DNA from: Gemmatimonadota bacterium
GTDB taxonomy: Bacteria; Latescibacterota; UBA2968; UBA8231
NCBI GenBank assembly: GCA_038128265.1
Contig: JAYPJE010000080.1
Location: forward strand, 1 to 14,989
Length of the DNA: 14,989 nucleotides
Direction: 5' to 3'
Shown here: positions 6,824-14,989 of the stretch, piece by piece
How the letters are laid out: each line of letters starts with the position of its first letter
Position numbering within the stretch: the first letter of the stretch is position 1
Translations under genes and position numbers: made by a program
Notes under the pieces: generated by a model
Told to the model about the DNA's origin: nothing
The model's database searches: none
Seen by the model: only the letters and a program-made list of their open reading frames with translations

Positions 6824-8437
6824 TCAGTCCTCCCAGTCGATGGCCTTGCCCTCTAGAGCGGCCGCTAGCAGCGCGCGGGTGTAGTCTTCCTGCGGTTCGT
6901 CGAAGATGCGTTCGGTTGGGCCGCGCTCGACAACGAGGCCGTCCTTTAGGACGATGACCTGGCTAGCCATGGCGCGCACGACTTTTAGGTCGTGGCTGAT
7001 AAATAGGTAGGCCAGGCCGTGTGCCTTCTGCAGGCGCAGCAGCAGTTCGATAATCTGCGCCTGCACCGTTTTGTCGAGGGCGCTGGTCGGTTCGTCGAGC
7101 ACGACAAAGCGCGGCTCCAGCACCATGGCGCGGGCAATGGCGATGCGCTGGCGCTGGCCGCCGGAAAACTCGTGCGGGAAGCGGTCCATACTCGAGGCAT
7201 CTAAACCGACTTCGCGCAGGCTGTCGGCCACGCGCTGGCGCCGCTCTTCGTAGGTGGTGCCGAGGCCGTGCACCAGCAGGCCCTCTTCGATGATTTGGAA
7301 CGCCGACATGCGCGGACTCAGGCTGGAGAAGGGGTCTTGGAAGACGATCTGCATCTGTCGGCGCAGCGGCCGCACCGCGCTCTGCTTCCATCCTTGGATA
7401 TCGCGCCCCTCAAATTCGATGGGGCCCTCGCTGGGCAGCAGGCGCAGCAGCGCTTGGCCCAGCGTGCTCTTGCCCGAGCCCGACTCGCCGACTACGCCCA
7501 GCGTCTGCCCGGCGCGCACCTGCAGCGAGATGCCATCAACGGCCTTTACGTGGCCCACGGTGCGGCGCAGCAGTCCGCGCAGAATGGGAAAGTGCACCTT
7601 GAGGTCGCGCGCTTCGACGACGACGTGGGCCTCTTCGTCGAGGGCCGGTGCCTGGCCGCTAGGCTCGGCGTTGATGAGCATTTTCGTGTAGTCGTGCTGC
7701 GGTGCGCTAAACAGTTGGCGCGTGGCGTTATGCTCGACGAGGTGCCCGTCCTTCATGACGTAGACGCGGTCGGCCATGTGGCGGACGATGCCCAGGTCGT
7801 GGGTAATGAGTAGGATCGCCATACCTAGCTGCTGCTGCAGGTCCTTGAGCAGCTGCAGAATCTGCGCCTGCACCGTCACGTCGAGCGCAGTGGTTGGTTC
7901 GTCGGCGATGAGCAGATCCGGCTCGTTGGCCAGCGCCATGGCGATCATCACGCGCTGGCGCTGACCGCCCGATAGCTGGTGCGGCCAGGCGTCAAGGCGC
8001 TCTTCGACGTTGGGCAGGCCGACCTGCTTTAGCAGCTCTACGGCGCGCGCGCGCGCCTGCGGCCGCTCCATGCCGCGGTGTAAGACGAGCGTTTCGCTGA
8101 TTTGCTTTTCGATGGAGTGCAGCGGGTTGAGCGAGGTCATGGGCTCTTGGAAGATCATGGCGATGCGCCCGCCGCGCAGCGTGCGCAGCTGCCGTCCCGG
8201 TGCGCCGAGCAGCTCCTGGCCGTCAAAGCGAATGCTGCCGTGCGGATGGCTGGCGCGCGGATAGGGCAGCAGCTGCAGGACGGACAGCGCCGTGACGGAT
8301 TTGCCCGAGCCCGACTCGCCAACCAGCGCTACCGTCTCGCCCTTTTCGATGGATAGCGACGCACTGTGCACGGCGTCGACGTCGCCCTCTTCGGCGTGGA
8401 AGCGCACGCCTAGGTTTTCTATTTCGAGCAGGCTCAT
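6824..8437 (-). CDS. yejF: Peptide ABC transporter ATPase with two fused NBDs (YejF-like), 537 aa
   Basis: Two Walker A motifs GESGSGKS, signatures LSGGQRQR and FSGGQRQR, Walker B LLIADEP and VVLDEP; operon context with yejABE. Confidence 0.92.
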   Translation of the reverse strand: MSLLEIENLGVRFHAEEGDVDAVHSASLSIEKGETVALVGESGSGKSVTALSVLQLLPYPRASHPHGSIRFDGQELLGAPGRQLRTLRGGRIAMIFQEPMTSLNPLHSIEKQISETLVLHRGMERPQARARAVELLKQVGLPNVEERLDAWPHQLSGGQRQRVMIAMALANEPDLLIADEPTTALDVTVQAQILQLLKDLQQQLGMAILLITHDLGIVRHMADRVYVMKDGHLVEHNATRQLFSAPQHDYTKMLINAEPSGQAPALDEEAHVVVEARDLKVHFPILRGLLRRTVGHVKAVDGISLQVRAGQTLGVVGESGSGKSTLGQALLRLLPSEGPIEFEGRDIQGWKQSAVRPLRRQMQIVFQDPFSSLSPRMSAFQIIEEGLLVHGLGTTYEERRQRVADSLREVGLDASSMDRFPHEFSGGQRQRIAIARAMVLEPRFVVLDEPTSALDKTVQAQIIELLLRLQKAHGLAYLFISHDLKVVRAMASQVIVLKDGLVVERGPTERIFDEPQEDYTRALLAAALEGKAIDWED

Positions 8438-9522
8438 GCGTCGTCTCCAGCGCGGGCAAAGGTTTTGCGCGGATCAACGGCGTCGCGCACCGCTTCGCCG
8501 ATAAACACCAACAGAGAGAGCATGACGGCCAGGGTGAAAAAGGCGGAAAAGCCCAGCCACGGCGCCTGTAGGTTGCGCTTGCCCTGGCCGAGCAATTCGC
8601 CCAGCGACGGCGAGCCGGGCGGTAGGCCAAAGCCGAGAAAGTCGAGTGAGGTGAGCACGGCCACCGAGCCGGTTAGCACAAAGGGCAGGAAGGTCAGCGC
8701 CGAGACCATGGCGTTGGGCAGGACGTGGCGCCACATGATACGCGCGTCGCTCTGGCCCAGGGCGCGGGCCGCCTTCACAAAGTCGAAGTTGCGCGCGCGC
8801 AGGAATTCGGCGCGCACGACGCCGACCAGACCCATCCAGCGGAAGAGCAGGAGCAGGCCCAGCAGCCACCAGAAACTGGGCTCGACGAGGCTAGCAAGAA
8901 TAATGAGCAGGTAGAGCATCGGCAGGCCCTGCCAGATTTCGATAAAGCGCTGGAAGAGCAGATCGACCCAGCCGCCAAAGTAGCCCTGCACCGCGCCGGC
9001 AGCCATGCCGATGGTGGCGCTAAAAACCGTCAGCAGCAGGCCAAAGAGCAGCGAGATGCGATAGCCGTAAATCAGCCGAGCCGCCACGTCGCGCGCCTGG
9101 TCGTCGGTGCCGAGCAGGTTGTCGGCATCGGGTGGCGAGGGCGCCGGCTGTTTGAGATCGTAGTTGACGGTGTCGTAGCGGTAGGGAATGGGCGGCCAGA
9201 CGATCCAGCCCTTCTCCTCGATGAGCTCCTGCACAAAGGGGTCGCGGTACTCGGCTTCCGTTTCGAAGTCACCGCCAAAAATCGTTTCGGGGTAGGTGAA
9301 GAGCACCGGGCAGTAGAACTGGCCGTCGTAGCGCACCATCAGCGGACGGTCGTTGGCGATAAACTCGGCCGGTAGACAGCACAGGAAGAGCAGCGAGAAG
9401 ATCCAGGTGCTCCAATAGCCGCGTCGGTTGCGGCGGAAATAGGTCAGTCGCCGCTGGTTCAGGCGCGACAGGCGAAGGCCCAGCAGGCGCGGTTCGGCCG
9501 GCGGTGAGGACGGGGCGCTCAC
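8434..9522 (-). CDS. yejE: Peptide ABC transporter permease (YejE-like)
   Basis: LNQRR..FRRNRRGYWS, AEFIANDRP, LGTDDQARD, EAA-like loop FVKAARALG, GEAVRDA. The start is placed at GTG 9522 (SD GAGG, 5-nt spacer) rather than TTG 9579 inside yejB. ATGA overlap with yejF at 8434-8437. Confidence 0.9.
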   Translation of the reverse strand: MSAPSSPPAEPRLLGLRLSRLNQRRLTYFRRNRRGYWSTWIFSLLFLCCLPAEFIANDRPLMVRYDGQFYCPVLFTYPETIFGGDFETEAEYRDPFVQELIEEKGWIVWPPIPYRYDTVNYDLKQPAPSPPDADNLLGTDDQARDVAARLIYGYRISLLFGLLLTVFSATIGMAAGAVQGYFGGWVDLLFQRFIEIWQGLPMLYLLIILASLVEPSFWWLLGLLLLFRWMGLVGVVRAEFLRARNFDFVKAARALGQSDARIMWRHVLPNAMVSALTFLPFVLTGSVAVLTSLDFLGFGLPPGSPSLGELLGQGKRNLQAPWLGFSAFFTLAVMLSLLVFIGEAVRDAVDPRKTFARAGDDA

Positions 9523-9559
9523 GATGGCCTCGACGGGTGCATGGGTGTGTGCGACCTCA

Positions 9560-10657
9560 CTACGTCTCCCTGCTGTCAAAGTCGATGCGGCGGTCGACCA
9601 GAGTGTAGGTCATATCGCCGATAAGCTGCATGACCAGGCCCAGCAGGGTAAAAAAGTAGAGCGTGGCAAACATCACCGGATAGTCGCGTCCGATCGCCGC
9701 TTCGTAGCCGAGCAGGCCGAGGCCGTCGAGCGAGAAGATAATTTCCGTCAGCAGCGATCCGGTGAAGAAGATGTCGACAAAGGCGCCGGGAAAGCCAGCG
9801 ATGACGATGAGCATGGCGTTGCGGAATACATGGCCGTAAAGCACGCGGCGCTCCGTCAGGCCCTTGGCGCGCGCCGTGATGACGTACTGCTTGTTGATCT
9901 CGTCTAGGAACGAGTTTTTCGTCAGCAGGGTCAGTCCGGCAAAGCCGCCAATGAGCATGGCGCTGACCGGCAGGGCCAGGTGCCAGAAGTAGTCGATAAT
10001 TTGCTCGAGCGGCCCGAGTTGGTCCCAGTCTGTCGAGGTCAGTCCGCGCAGGGGAAACCAGTCGAGGTAGTGCCCGCCGGCAAAGACGACGATGAGCAAA
10101 ATAGCGAAGAGAAAGCTGGGAATAGCGTAGCCGAGAATGATGACGGACGAGGTCCATACGTCAAAGCGCGAGCCGTCGCGCACGGCCTTGGCGATGCCGA
10201 GGGGAATGGAGATGCAGTAGACCAGAAGCGTCGTCCACAGCCCCAGCGAAATGGACACGGGCATTTTTTCAAGCACGAGGTCCACCACGCGCTGGTCGCG
10301 GTAAAAGCTCTGGCCAAAATCAAAGCGTAGGTACGAACCGATCATGTCGAAAAAGCGCTCGTGCAGCGGCTTGTCAAAGCCGTACATACGCTCCAACTCG
10401 GCGATCAGTTCGGGGTCGAGACCCTGCGCGCCACGGTACTTGCTGTTGAGATCGCCGCTCATCGCCGCGTCCATCGCCTCGCCCATTCCAGTGCCGCTGA
10501 CGCGCTCCGTAGCGTCCGTGCCAAAGCCCTGAATCTGAGCGATGGTCTGTTCGACCGGTCCGCCGGGTGCCGCCTGGATAATGAGGAAATTGATGGTCAT
10601 AATGCCGAACAGCGTCGGCACGATAAAGAGCAGGCGGCGTAGGATATAGGCGCCCAT
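9560..10657 (-). CDS. yejB: Peptide ABC transporter permease (YejB-like), 365 aa
   Basis: [10 protein letters not shown]...[46 protein letters not shown], characteristic of YejB. Confidence 0.94.
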   Translation of the reverse strand: MGAYILRRLLFIVPTLFGIMTINFLIIQAAPGGPVEQTIAQIQGFGTDATERVSGTGMGEAMDAAMSGDLNSKYRGAQGLDPELIAELERMYGFDKPLHERFFDMIGSYLRFDFGQSFYRDQRVVDLVLEKMPVSISLGLWTTLLVYCISIPLGIAKAVRDGSRFDVWTSSVIILGYAIPSFLFAILLIVVFAGGHYLDWFPLRGLTSTDWDQLGPLEQIIDYFWHLALPVSAMLIGGFAGLTLLTKNSFLDEINKQYVITARAKGLTERRVLYGHVFRNAMLIVIAGFPGAFVDIFFTGSLLTEIIFSLDGLGLLGYEAAIGRDYPVMFATLYFFTLLGLVMQLIGDMTYTLVDRRIDFDSRET

Positions 10658-10660
10658 TGG

Positions 10661-12481
10661 CTAGTTGCTCTGCTCCTCTAAGCGCGCGGCGCGTTCCGCG
10701 TCGTACCACCAGGTGTCGGGCAGGACAAAGTAAGCGCCGGTATAGGGTGCGCTCTGGGCGGGCTTGCCGAATTTGTCCCAGTGCACGATGCGAAAGCTTT
10801 CGCTGTACCAGTGCGGGATGACGTAGTGCCCCCACAGCAGCACGCGGTCGAGGGCGCGCGTGTAGGCTATAAGTTCTTGGCGATCGGGTGCGGTAATGAT
10901 TTTTTCTACCAAGGCATCCACGACCGGGTCGCTGATGCCGGCCCAGTTGCCGCCGCCCTGTTCGGCTGCGGCCGCACTCGTCCAGTAGTTGCGCTGCTCG
11001 TTGCCCGGGCTGTGGCTCTGGCCGCGCACGGCGACGATTAGGTCGTAGTCGTAGTCCTGCACGCGATTTTGGTACTGCGAGCTGTCGACGATGCGGATGG
11101 AGGCCTCTATGCCGAGGCGCTCCATATTGGCCACCATGGGGGCGGCGATGCGCTCCCACGAAGCCTGGGCAAAGAGAATCTCGATCTCCATGGCCTGACC
11201 CGTTTCCGCGTTGCGCAGCACGTTGTCGACGACCTGCCAACCGGCCTCTTCGAGCAGCTGCTTGGCCCTGCGCAGATTGGCGCGCAGGTTGCCCGAGCCG
11301 TCCGTTTGCGGCGGCTGGTAGGTCTCGGTGAAGACCTCGGCGGGGATCTGGTCGCGGTAGCTCTCTAGGATTTCTAATTCGCGGCCTTCGGGCAGGCCGC
11401 GAGAGGCCAGCTCGCTGTTGGAAAAATAGCTCTCAGCGCGCGTGTAGGATCCGTAAAACAGGTTCTTGTTGGTCCATTCAAAGTCGAAGGCGTAGGCCAG
11501 CGCGCGGCGTACCTGGGGGTCGGCAAATTGGGGGCGCCGCGTGTTGAACCAGAACGCCTGCATGCCGGAGGAGCGCTGGTGCTCGATGGGGGCCTTGAGC
11601 ATGCGGCCGTCTTCGAGCGCATCCGTCTCGTAGGCGGTGGCCCAGTCCTTGGAGCTGTTTTCTCTGCGGTAGTCGAATTCACCGGCCTTTAGGGCTTCAA
11701 TGGCGACCGTTTGATCGCGGTAGCAGTCGAAGTGAATGCGGTCGAAGTTATGGCGGCCGCGGTTGACGGGCAGGTCCTCACCCCAATAGTCGTCGACGCG
11801 CTCGTAGGTGATCGAACGCCCTGGGTCGACGGCGGCGATTCGGTAGGGACCGCTGCCCAGCGGCGGCTCCAGCGTGGTCTCGTCAAAGGCGCGCCCTTCC
11901 CAGTAGTGCTTGGGCAGGATGGCCAGCTGGCCCACGATCAGCGGCAGCTCGCGGTTGGTCTCCTCGCCAAAGACGAATTTCACTCCTCGCTCGCCCACTT
12001 TTTCCACCCCTTTTACCGAGGCGTAGTAGGCGCGCAGGCCGGGGTGCCCCTTCTCCATCATGATGTCGAAACTGAAGATCACGTCTTCCGGCGTTACGGG
12101 CATACCGTCGTGCCAGCGCGCCTGCGCGTTGAGCGTGTAAAGGGCCCAACTCTGATCGGGCGGCACCTCGACGCGTTCGGCCAGCAGGCCGTATTCGACG
12201 GCAATTTCGTCGTCGGCCCCGCTCAGCAGCGTGTCGTACATCAGCGAACCAATCCTGGGTGGCTTGAGACCCTTGAGGATAAAGGGATTGAGGCTGTCGA
12301 AGGTGCCGATGTCGGCTAGACGGATCTCGCCCCCCTTGGGCGCGTCCGGATTGACGTAGTCGAAGTGGGTAAAGTTGGGGCCATATTTAAACTGGCCGAA
12401 CGTCGAATAGCCGTGCCCGACGAAATTTTCCGCCGCTGCCAGTGTGGGCAGCAGCAGGGCCAGGGCAAAGAGTGTGCGCAT
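10661..12481 (-). CDS. yejA: Extracellular solute-binding protein family 5 (YejA-like), downstream copy, 606 aa
   Basis: Start corrected to ATG 12481. A signal peptide MRTLFALALLLPTLAAA follows, and SD AGGAG overlaps the upstream TAG. Motifs HFDYVNPDAPKGG, GTFDSLNPF, PLGSGPY, FDFEWTNKNLFYG, SPGNEQR, RALDRVLLWGHYVIP. Confidence 0.92.
   Translation of the reverse strand: MRTLFALALLLPTLAAAENFVGHGYSTFGQFKYGPNFTHFDYVNPDAPKGGEIRLADIGTFDSLNPFILKGLKPPRIGSLMYDTLLSGADDEIAVEYGLLAERVEVPPDQSWALYTLNAQARWHDGMPVTPEDVIFSFDIMMEKGHPGLRAYYASVKGVEKVGERGVKFVFGEETNRELPLIVGQLAILPKHYWEGRAFDETTLEPPLGSGPYRIAAVDPGRSITYERVDDYWGEDLPVNRGRHNFDRIHFDCYRDQTVAIEALKAGEFDYRRENSSKDWATAYETDALEDGRMLKAPIEHQRSSGMQAFWFNTRRPQFADPQVRRALAYAFDFEWTNKNLFYGSYTRAESYFSNSELASRGLPEGRELEILESYRDQIPAEVFTETYQPPQTDGSGNLRANLRRAKQLLEEAGWQVVDNVLRNAETGQAMEIEILFAQASWERIAAPMVANMERLGIEASIRIVDSSQYQNRVQDYDYDLIVAVRGQSHSPGNEQRNYWTSAAAAEQGGGNWAGISDPVVDALVEKIITAPDRQELIAYTRALDRVLLWGHYVIPHWYSESFRIVHWDKFGKPAQSAPYTGAYFVLPDTWWYDAERAARLEEQSN
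11241..11275. repeat. 35-bp perfect direct repeat shared by the two yejA paralogs (copy 1)
   Basis: ccggcctcttcgagcagctgcttggccctgcgcag, identical to 13049-13083; encodes LRRAKQLLEEAG. Confidence 0.85.
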
Positions 12482-12489
12482 GGGATCTC

Positions 12490-14298
12490 CTAATCGTCTT
12501 GCGTTGAGGCGGTCGCTTGCCACCACCACGTATCGGGGAAGCCAACCCCGTTGCGCGGTGGCTCCGGCGGGTGGCCAAATGTATTCCAGTAGGCCAGGCG
12601 ATGGGTGCGGCTGTGCGAGCCGGGGATGACGTAGTGACCCCACAGCAGCACGCGATCAAGGGCGCGGGTGAGCGCTACCTGGGTGGGGCGATCGGGCGCG
12701 GCGATCTGCCGTTCGATCAGCTCGTCGACGACCGGATCGGCGATGCCGGCGTAGTTGCGGCTGCCGGGCGATTGGGCCGCTGCGCCCGACCAAAAATTGC
12801 GCTGCTCGTTGCCCGGGCTCAGCGTCTGTCGCCACGAGGCGACGATGATGTCGAAGTCAAACGACTGCACGCGGTTTTGGTACTGCGCCGCGTCGACCGT
12901 GCGCACGGTGGCGGCAATGCCCAGCCGCTCGAGGTTTTGTATCATCGGCCCGAGCACGCGTTCGTATGAGGGAGAGCCCAGCAAAAACTCAATGCGCATA
13001 ATCTGGCCCGTTTTCGCGTGGGTCAGCGCGCCGTTTTGCACGCGCCAGCCGGCCTCTTCGAGCAGCTGCTTGGCCCTGCGCAGGTTTATTCGGTTGTTGC
13101 CCGATCCATCCGTGCTGGGCGGCTCGTAGACCTCGGTGAAGACCTCCTCGGGCACGCGTCCGCGGTAGCTGTTAAGGATATCCAACTCGCGTCCTGTGGG
13201 CAGGTCGCGCGCGCCCAAATCCGAGTTGCCCCAGTAGCTGCTGCTGCGCGCAAAGAGACCGTAGTATAGGTTTTGGTTGGTCCACTCGAAGTCAAAGGCA
13301 TAGGCCAGCGCGCGGCGCACCGCGCGATCGGCAAATTGGGGTCGGCGCGTATTGAAGCAAAAGCCCTCCATGCCGCGGATGAGCTGGTGTGGAATGGATT
13401 CTTTGACCATGCGGCCGTCGTCGATGGGGGCGAAGTCCTCGTAGGCTGTGGCCCACTCCTTGGAATTGCTGAGCCAGCGCACGTCGTACTCGCCCGCTTT
13501 AAATGCTTCAATGGCCACCGTGTTGTCGCGGTAGTACTCGTAGCGGATCCGATCGAAGTTGTGGCGTCCCTTGTGTACGGGCAGATCCGTGCCCCAATAG
13601 TCCGGAACGCGCTCGTAGGTGATGGAACGGCCCGGATCGAGCGCGGCGATGCGATACGGGCCGCTGCCCAAAGGAGGCTCCAGCGTGGTAGCGCGAAAGT
13701 CGCGTCCTTCCCAGTAGTGCTTTGGCAGCACGCGCAGCTGGCCGATAATAAGCGGCATTTCGCGGTTGGTGCCCTCTCGAAAAGAAAACCGCACGCGGCG
13801 TGCGTCTAGCGCTTCGACGTCCGTCACATCGGCGTAAAAGCTGCGATAGAAGGGAATGCCCCATTCGACCAGTGCGTTGAAGCTGAATACGACGTCCTCG
13901 GCGGTAACGGGTTGGCCGTCGTGCCAGCGCGCCTCTTCGCGCAGGGTGAAGACCACCCAGGAGCGGTCTGCCGGCATGTCCATGTGCGCCGCTAGCTGGC
14001 CGTACTCGGTGAAAGGCTCGTCCTGGGCCTTAGTGCACAGGCGGTTGTAGAGCAGCAGCGAGCCGGCGGCCGCTACGCCCTTGAGTATGAACGGATTTAG
14101 GTTGTCGTAGGTTCCGATGGCGGCCAGGCGAATGGTACCGCCCTTAGGGGCCTCGGGGTTGACGTAGTCGAAGTGTTGGAAGTCGGCTTCGTAGCGCGGG
14201 GCACCGTAGAGCGTGAGCGCGTGGGCCGTTTGCACGGACGCGTCGTCGGCACGCGCAGCGCTGGACCACAGCGCAATACACAGCAGCAGAAAGGGCAT
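12490..14298 (-). CDS. yejA: Extracellular solute-binding protein family 5 (YejA-like), upstream copy, 602 aa
   Basis: Signal peptide MPFLLLCIALWSSAARA; motifs HFDYVNPEAPKGG, NLNPFILKG, PLGSGPY, FDFEWTN, SPGNEQR, RALDRVLLWGHYVIP. Confidence 0.92.
   Translation of the reverse strand: MPFLLLCIALWSSAARADDASVQTAHALTLYGAPRYEADFQHFDYVNPEAPKGGTIRLAAIGTYDNLNPFILKGVAAAGSLLLYNRLCTKAQDEPFTEYGQLAAHMDMPADRSWVVFTLREEARWHDGQPVTAEDVVFSFNALVEWGIPFYRSFYADVTDVEALDARRVRFSFREGTNREMPLIIGQLRVLPKHYWEGRDFRATTLEPPLGSGPYRIAALDPGRSITYERVPDYWGTDLPVHKGRHNFDRIRYEYYRDNTVAIEAFKAGEYDVRWLSNSKEWATAYEDFAPIDDGRMVKESIPHQLIRGMEGFCFNTRRPQFADRAVRRALAYAFDFEWTNQNLYYGLFARSSSYWGNSDLGARDLPTGRELDILNSYRGRVPEEVFTEVYEPPSTDGSGNNRINLRRAKQLLEEAGWRVQNGALTHAKTGQIMRIEFLLGSPSYERVLGPMIQNLERLGIAATVRTVDAAQYQNRVQSFDFDIIVASWRQTLSPGNEQRNFWSGAAAQSPGSRNYAGIADPVVDELIERQIAAPDRPTQVALTRALDRVLLWGHYVIPGSHSRTHRLAYWNTFGHPPEPPRNGVGFPDTWWWQATASTQDD
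13049..13083. repeat. 35-bp perfect direct repeat shared by the two yejA paralogs (copy 2)
   Basis: Identical to 11241-11275. Confidence 0.85.
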
Positions 14299-14407
14299 GC
14301 ATTTTCTTTCAAATTGGGCGGGTGGGAGCCACTCCGGCTAATTTCTTTGCGCCATAAGACGATACGCGCACGGGACCGCCTGCGCAAACGAGGGGTGCGC
14401 TTCCAGT

Positions 14408-14424
14408 GGGAGCATACGGGAGCA
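14408..14424. repeat. Tandem GGGAGCA direct repeat (10-bp period) in the divergent intergenic region
   Basis: GGGAGCA-TAC-GGGAGCA; GGGAGC also occurs at 14324 and 14571. Confidence 0.35.
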
Positions 14425-14587
14425 CGGCGATAGTATGCGCGTGTGAGAAGAGGCCTGTTTGTCTGCTTGCTGGCGAACGTGGTGTGCGGAGAGAACAGTA
14501 TAGAGTGAATACCATTCGCGGCGGCAGCTGTTCTTCGTTTGTTTTGTCTATTGCACAAGCGAAATAGAAAGGGAGCGAAATTGCGTT

Positions 14588-14989
14588 ATGGCTGATCAAC
14601 GCTTCGCATTTGCCGGTCCGTTTTGTAGGTATATCGGCTCCGCCTTTATTGGCGTGGCCCTAGTGGTCAATCCCTTAGCCAGCAAGCTGTGGCGATCGGC
14701 CTGGTTCGATTACGCCGATGTGACCCTTGATTTTGCTCTTTGCGCGCTGGTGGGTGGCCTCGTGCTGTGGTTGATCAGCTTCCGGCCACCGAGCGGCGAA
14801 CGCGGTGTGGGCATGTTGTTGCTGCTGATAACGCTGACCGTTCTTCTGCTCGTCGACCGCGGCCTGCTGGTTTTCTGGGGTCGGTCGCCTTGGATAACAG
14901 ATTCGATGTTGTACTATCGGCACCGGCCGTCAGCGCAGCACTCCTTCGCCTACTGGTATCGGGGACACGAGGGAACGCTGATGTACGAT
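14588..14989 (+). CDS. Partial (5' part) membrane protein, at least 134 aa; possibly the N-terminus of a membrane-anchored SGNH/GDSL-type hydrolase
   Basis: Absent from the ORF track. Open from ATG 14588 to the window end: MADQRFAFAG...IGSAFIGVALVVNPL...FALCALVGGLVLWLI...MLLLLITLTVLLLVDRGLLVFWG...DSMLYYRHRP. Three hydrophobic segments; GGGAG at 14571-14575. The SGNH guess rests only on the TM-DR...D..L.Y..RP pattern. Confidence 0.65.
   Translation, partial: MADQRFAFAGPFCRYIGSAFIGVALVVNPLASKLWRSAWFDYADVTLDFALCALVGGLVLWLISFRPPSGERGVGMLLLLITLTVLLLVDRGLLVFWGRSPWITDSMLYYRHRPSAQHSFAYWYRGHEGTLMYD

Noticed and set aside
7470..8320. 20-bp repeat ttgcccgagcccgactcgcc at 7470 and 8301
   Set aside because: It encodes the two Walker A motifs of the fused ATPase, so it is expected.
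12482..12643. 54-aa N-terminal extension of the downstream yejA in the ORF track
   Set aside because: It overlaps the upstream yejA; the SD and signal peptide point to ATG 12481.
10661..14298. Microcin C biosynthesis or immunity locus
   Set aside because: Only the Yej importer is present; there is no mccB-like adenylase, precursor peptide or immunity gene.
14380..14425. GCAAAC...GGGAGCA resemblance to a c-di-GMP-I riboswitch
   Set aside because: No GNRA-capped stem, no GACGCAAAGC core and no convincing pairing.
14675..14923. 82-aa minus-strand ORF
   Set aside because: Antisense shadow of the + strand membrane-protein frame starting at 14588.

Overview
GC-rich bacterial chromosomal window, almost fully coding. 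I see no RNA genes, CRISPR arrays or mobile elements. Left block (1-5938): five enzymes without signal peptides, of unknown substrate. These are a partial glycoside-hydrolase-like TIM-barrel gene (-; missed by the ORF track), a divergent + strand run of calcineurin-like metallophosphoesterase, LDH2-family oxidoreductase and PhyH/PtlH-like Fe(II)/2OG dioxygenase, and a convergent atypical enolase-superfamily gene. Right block (6005-14298, -): a Yej-type peptide ABC operon with two tandem diverged yejA genes, then yejB, yejE, yejF and an abutting endonuclease VIII (nei). A partial membrane-protein gene starts at 14588 (+). The best novelty candidates are the possible orphan catabolic pathway, the enolase with non-canonical active-site residues, the duplicated yejA pair and the yejF-nei coupling. 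All family calls come from motif recognition by eye; no database search was run.
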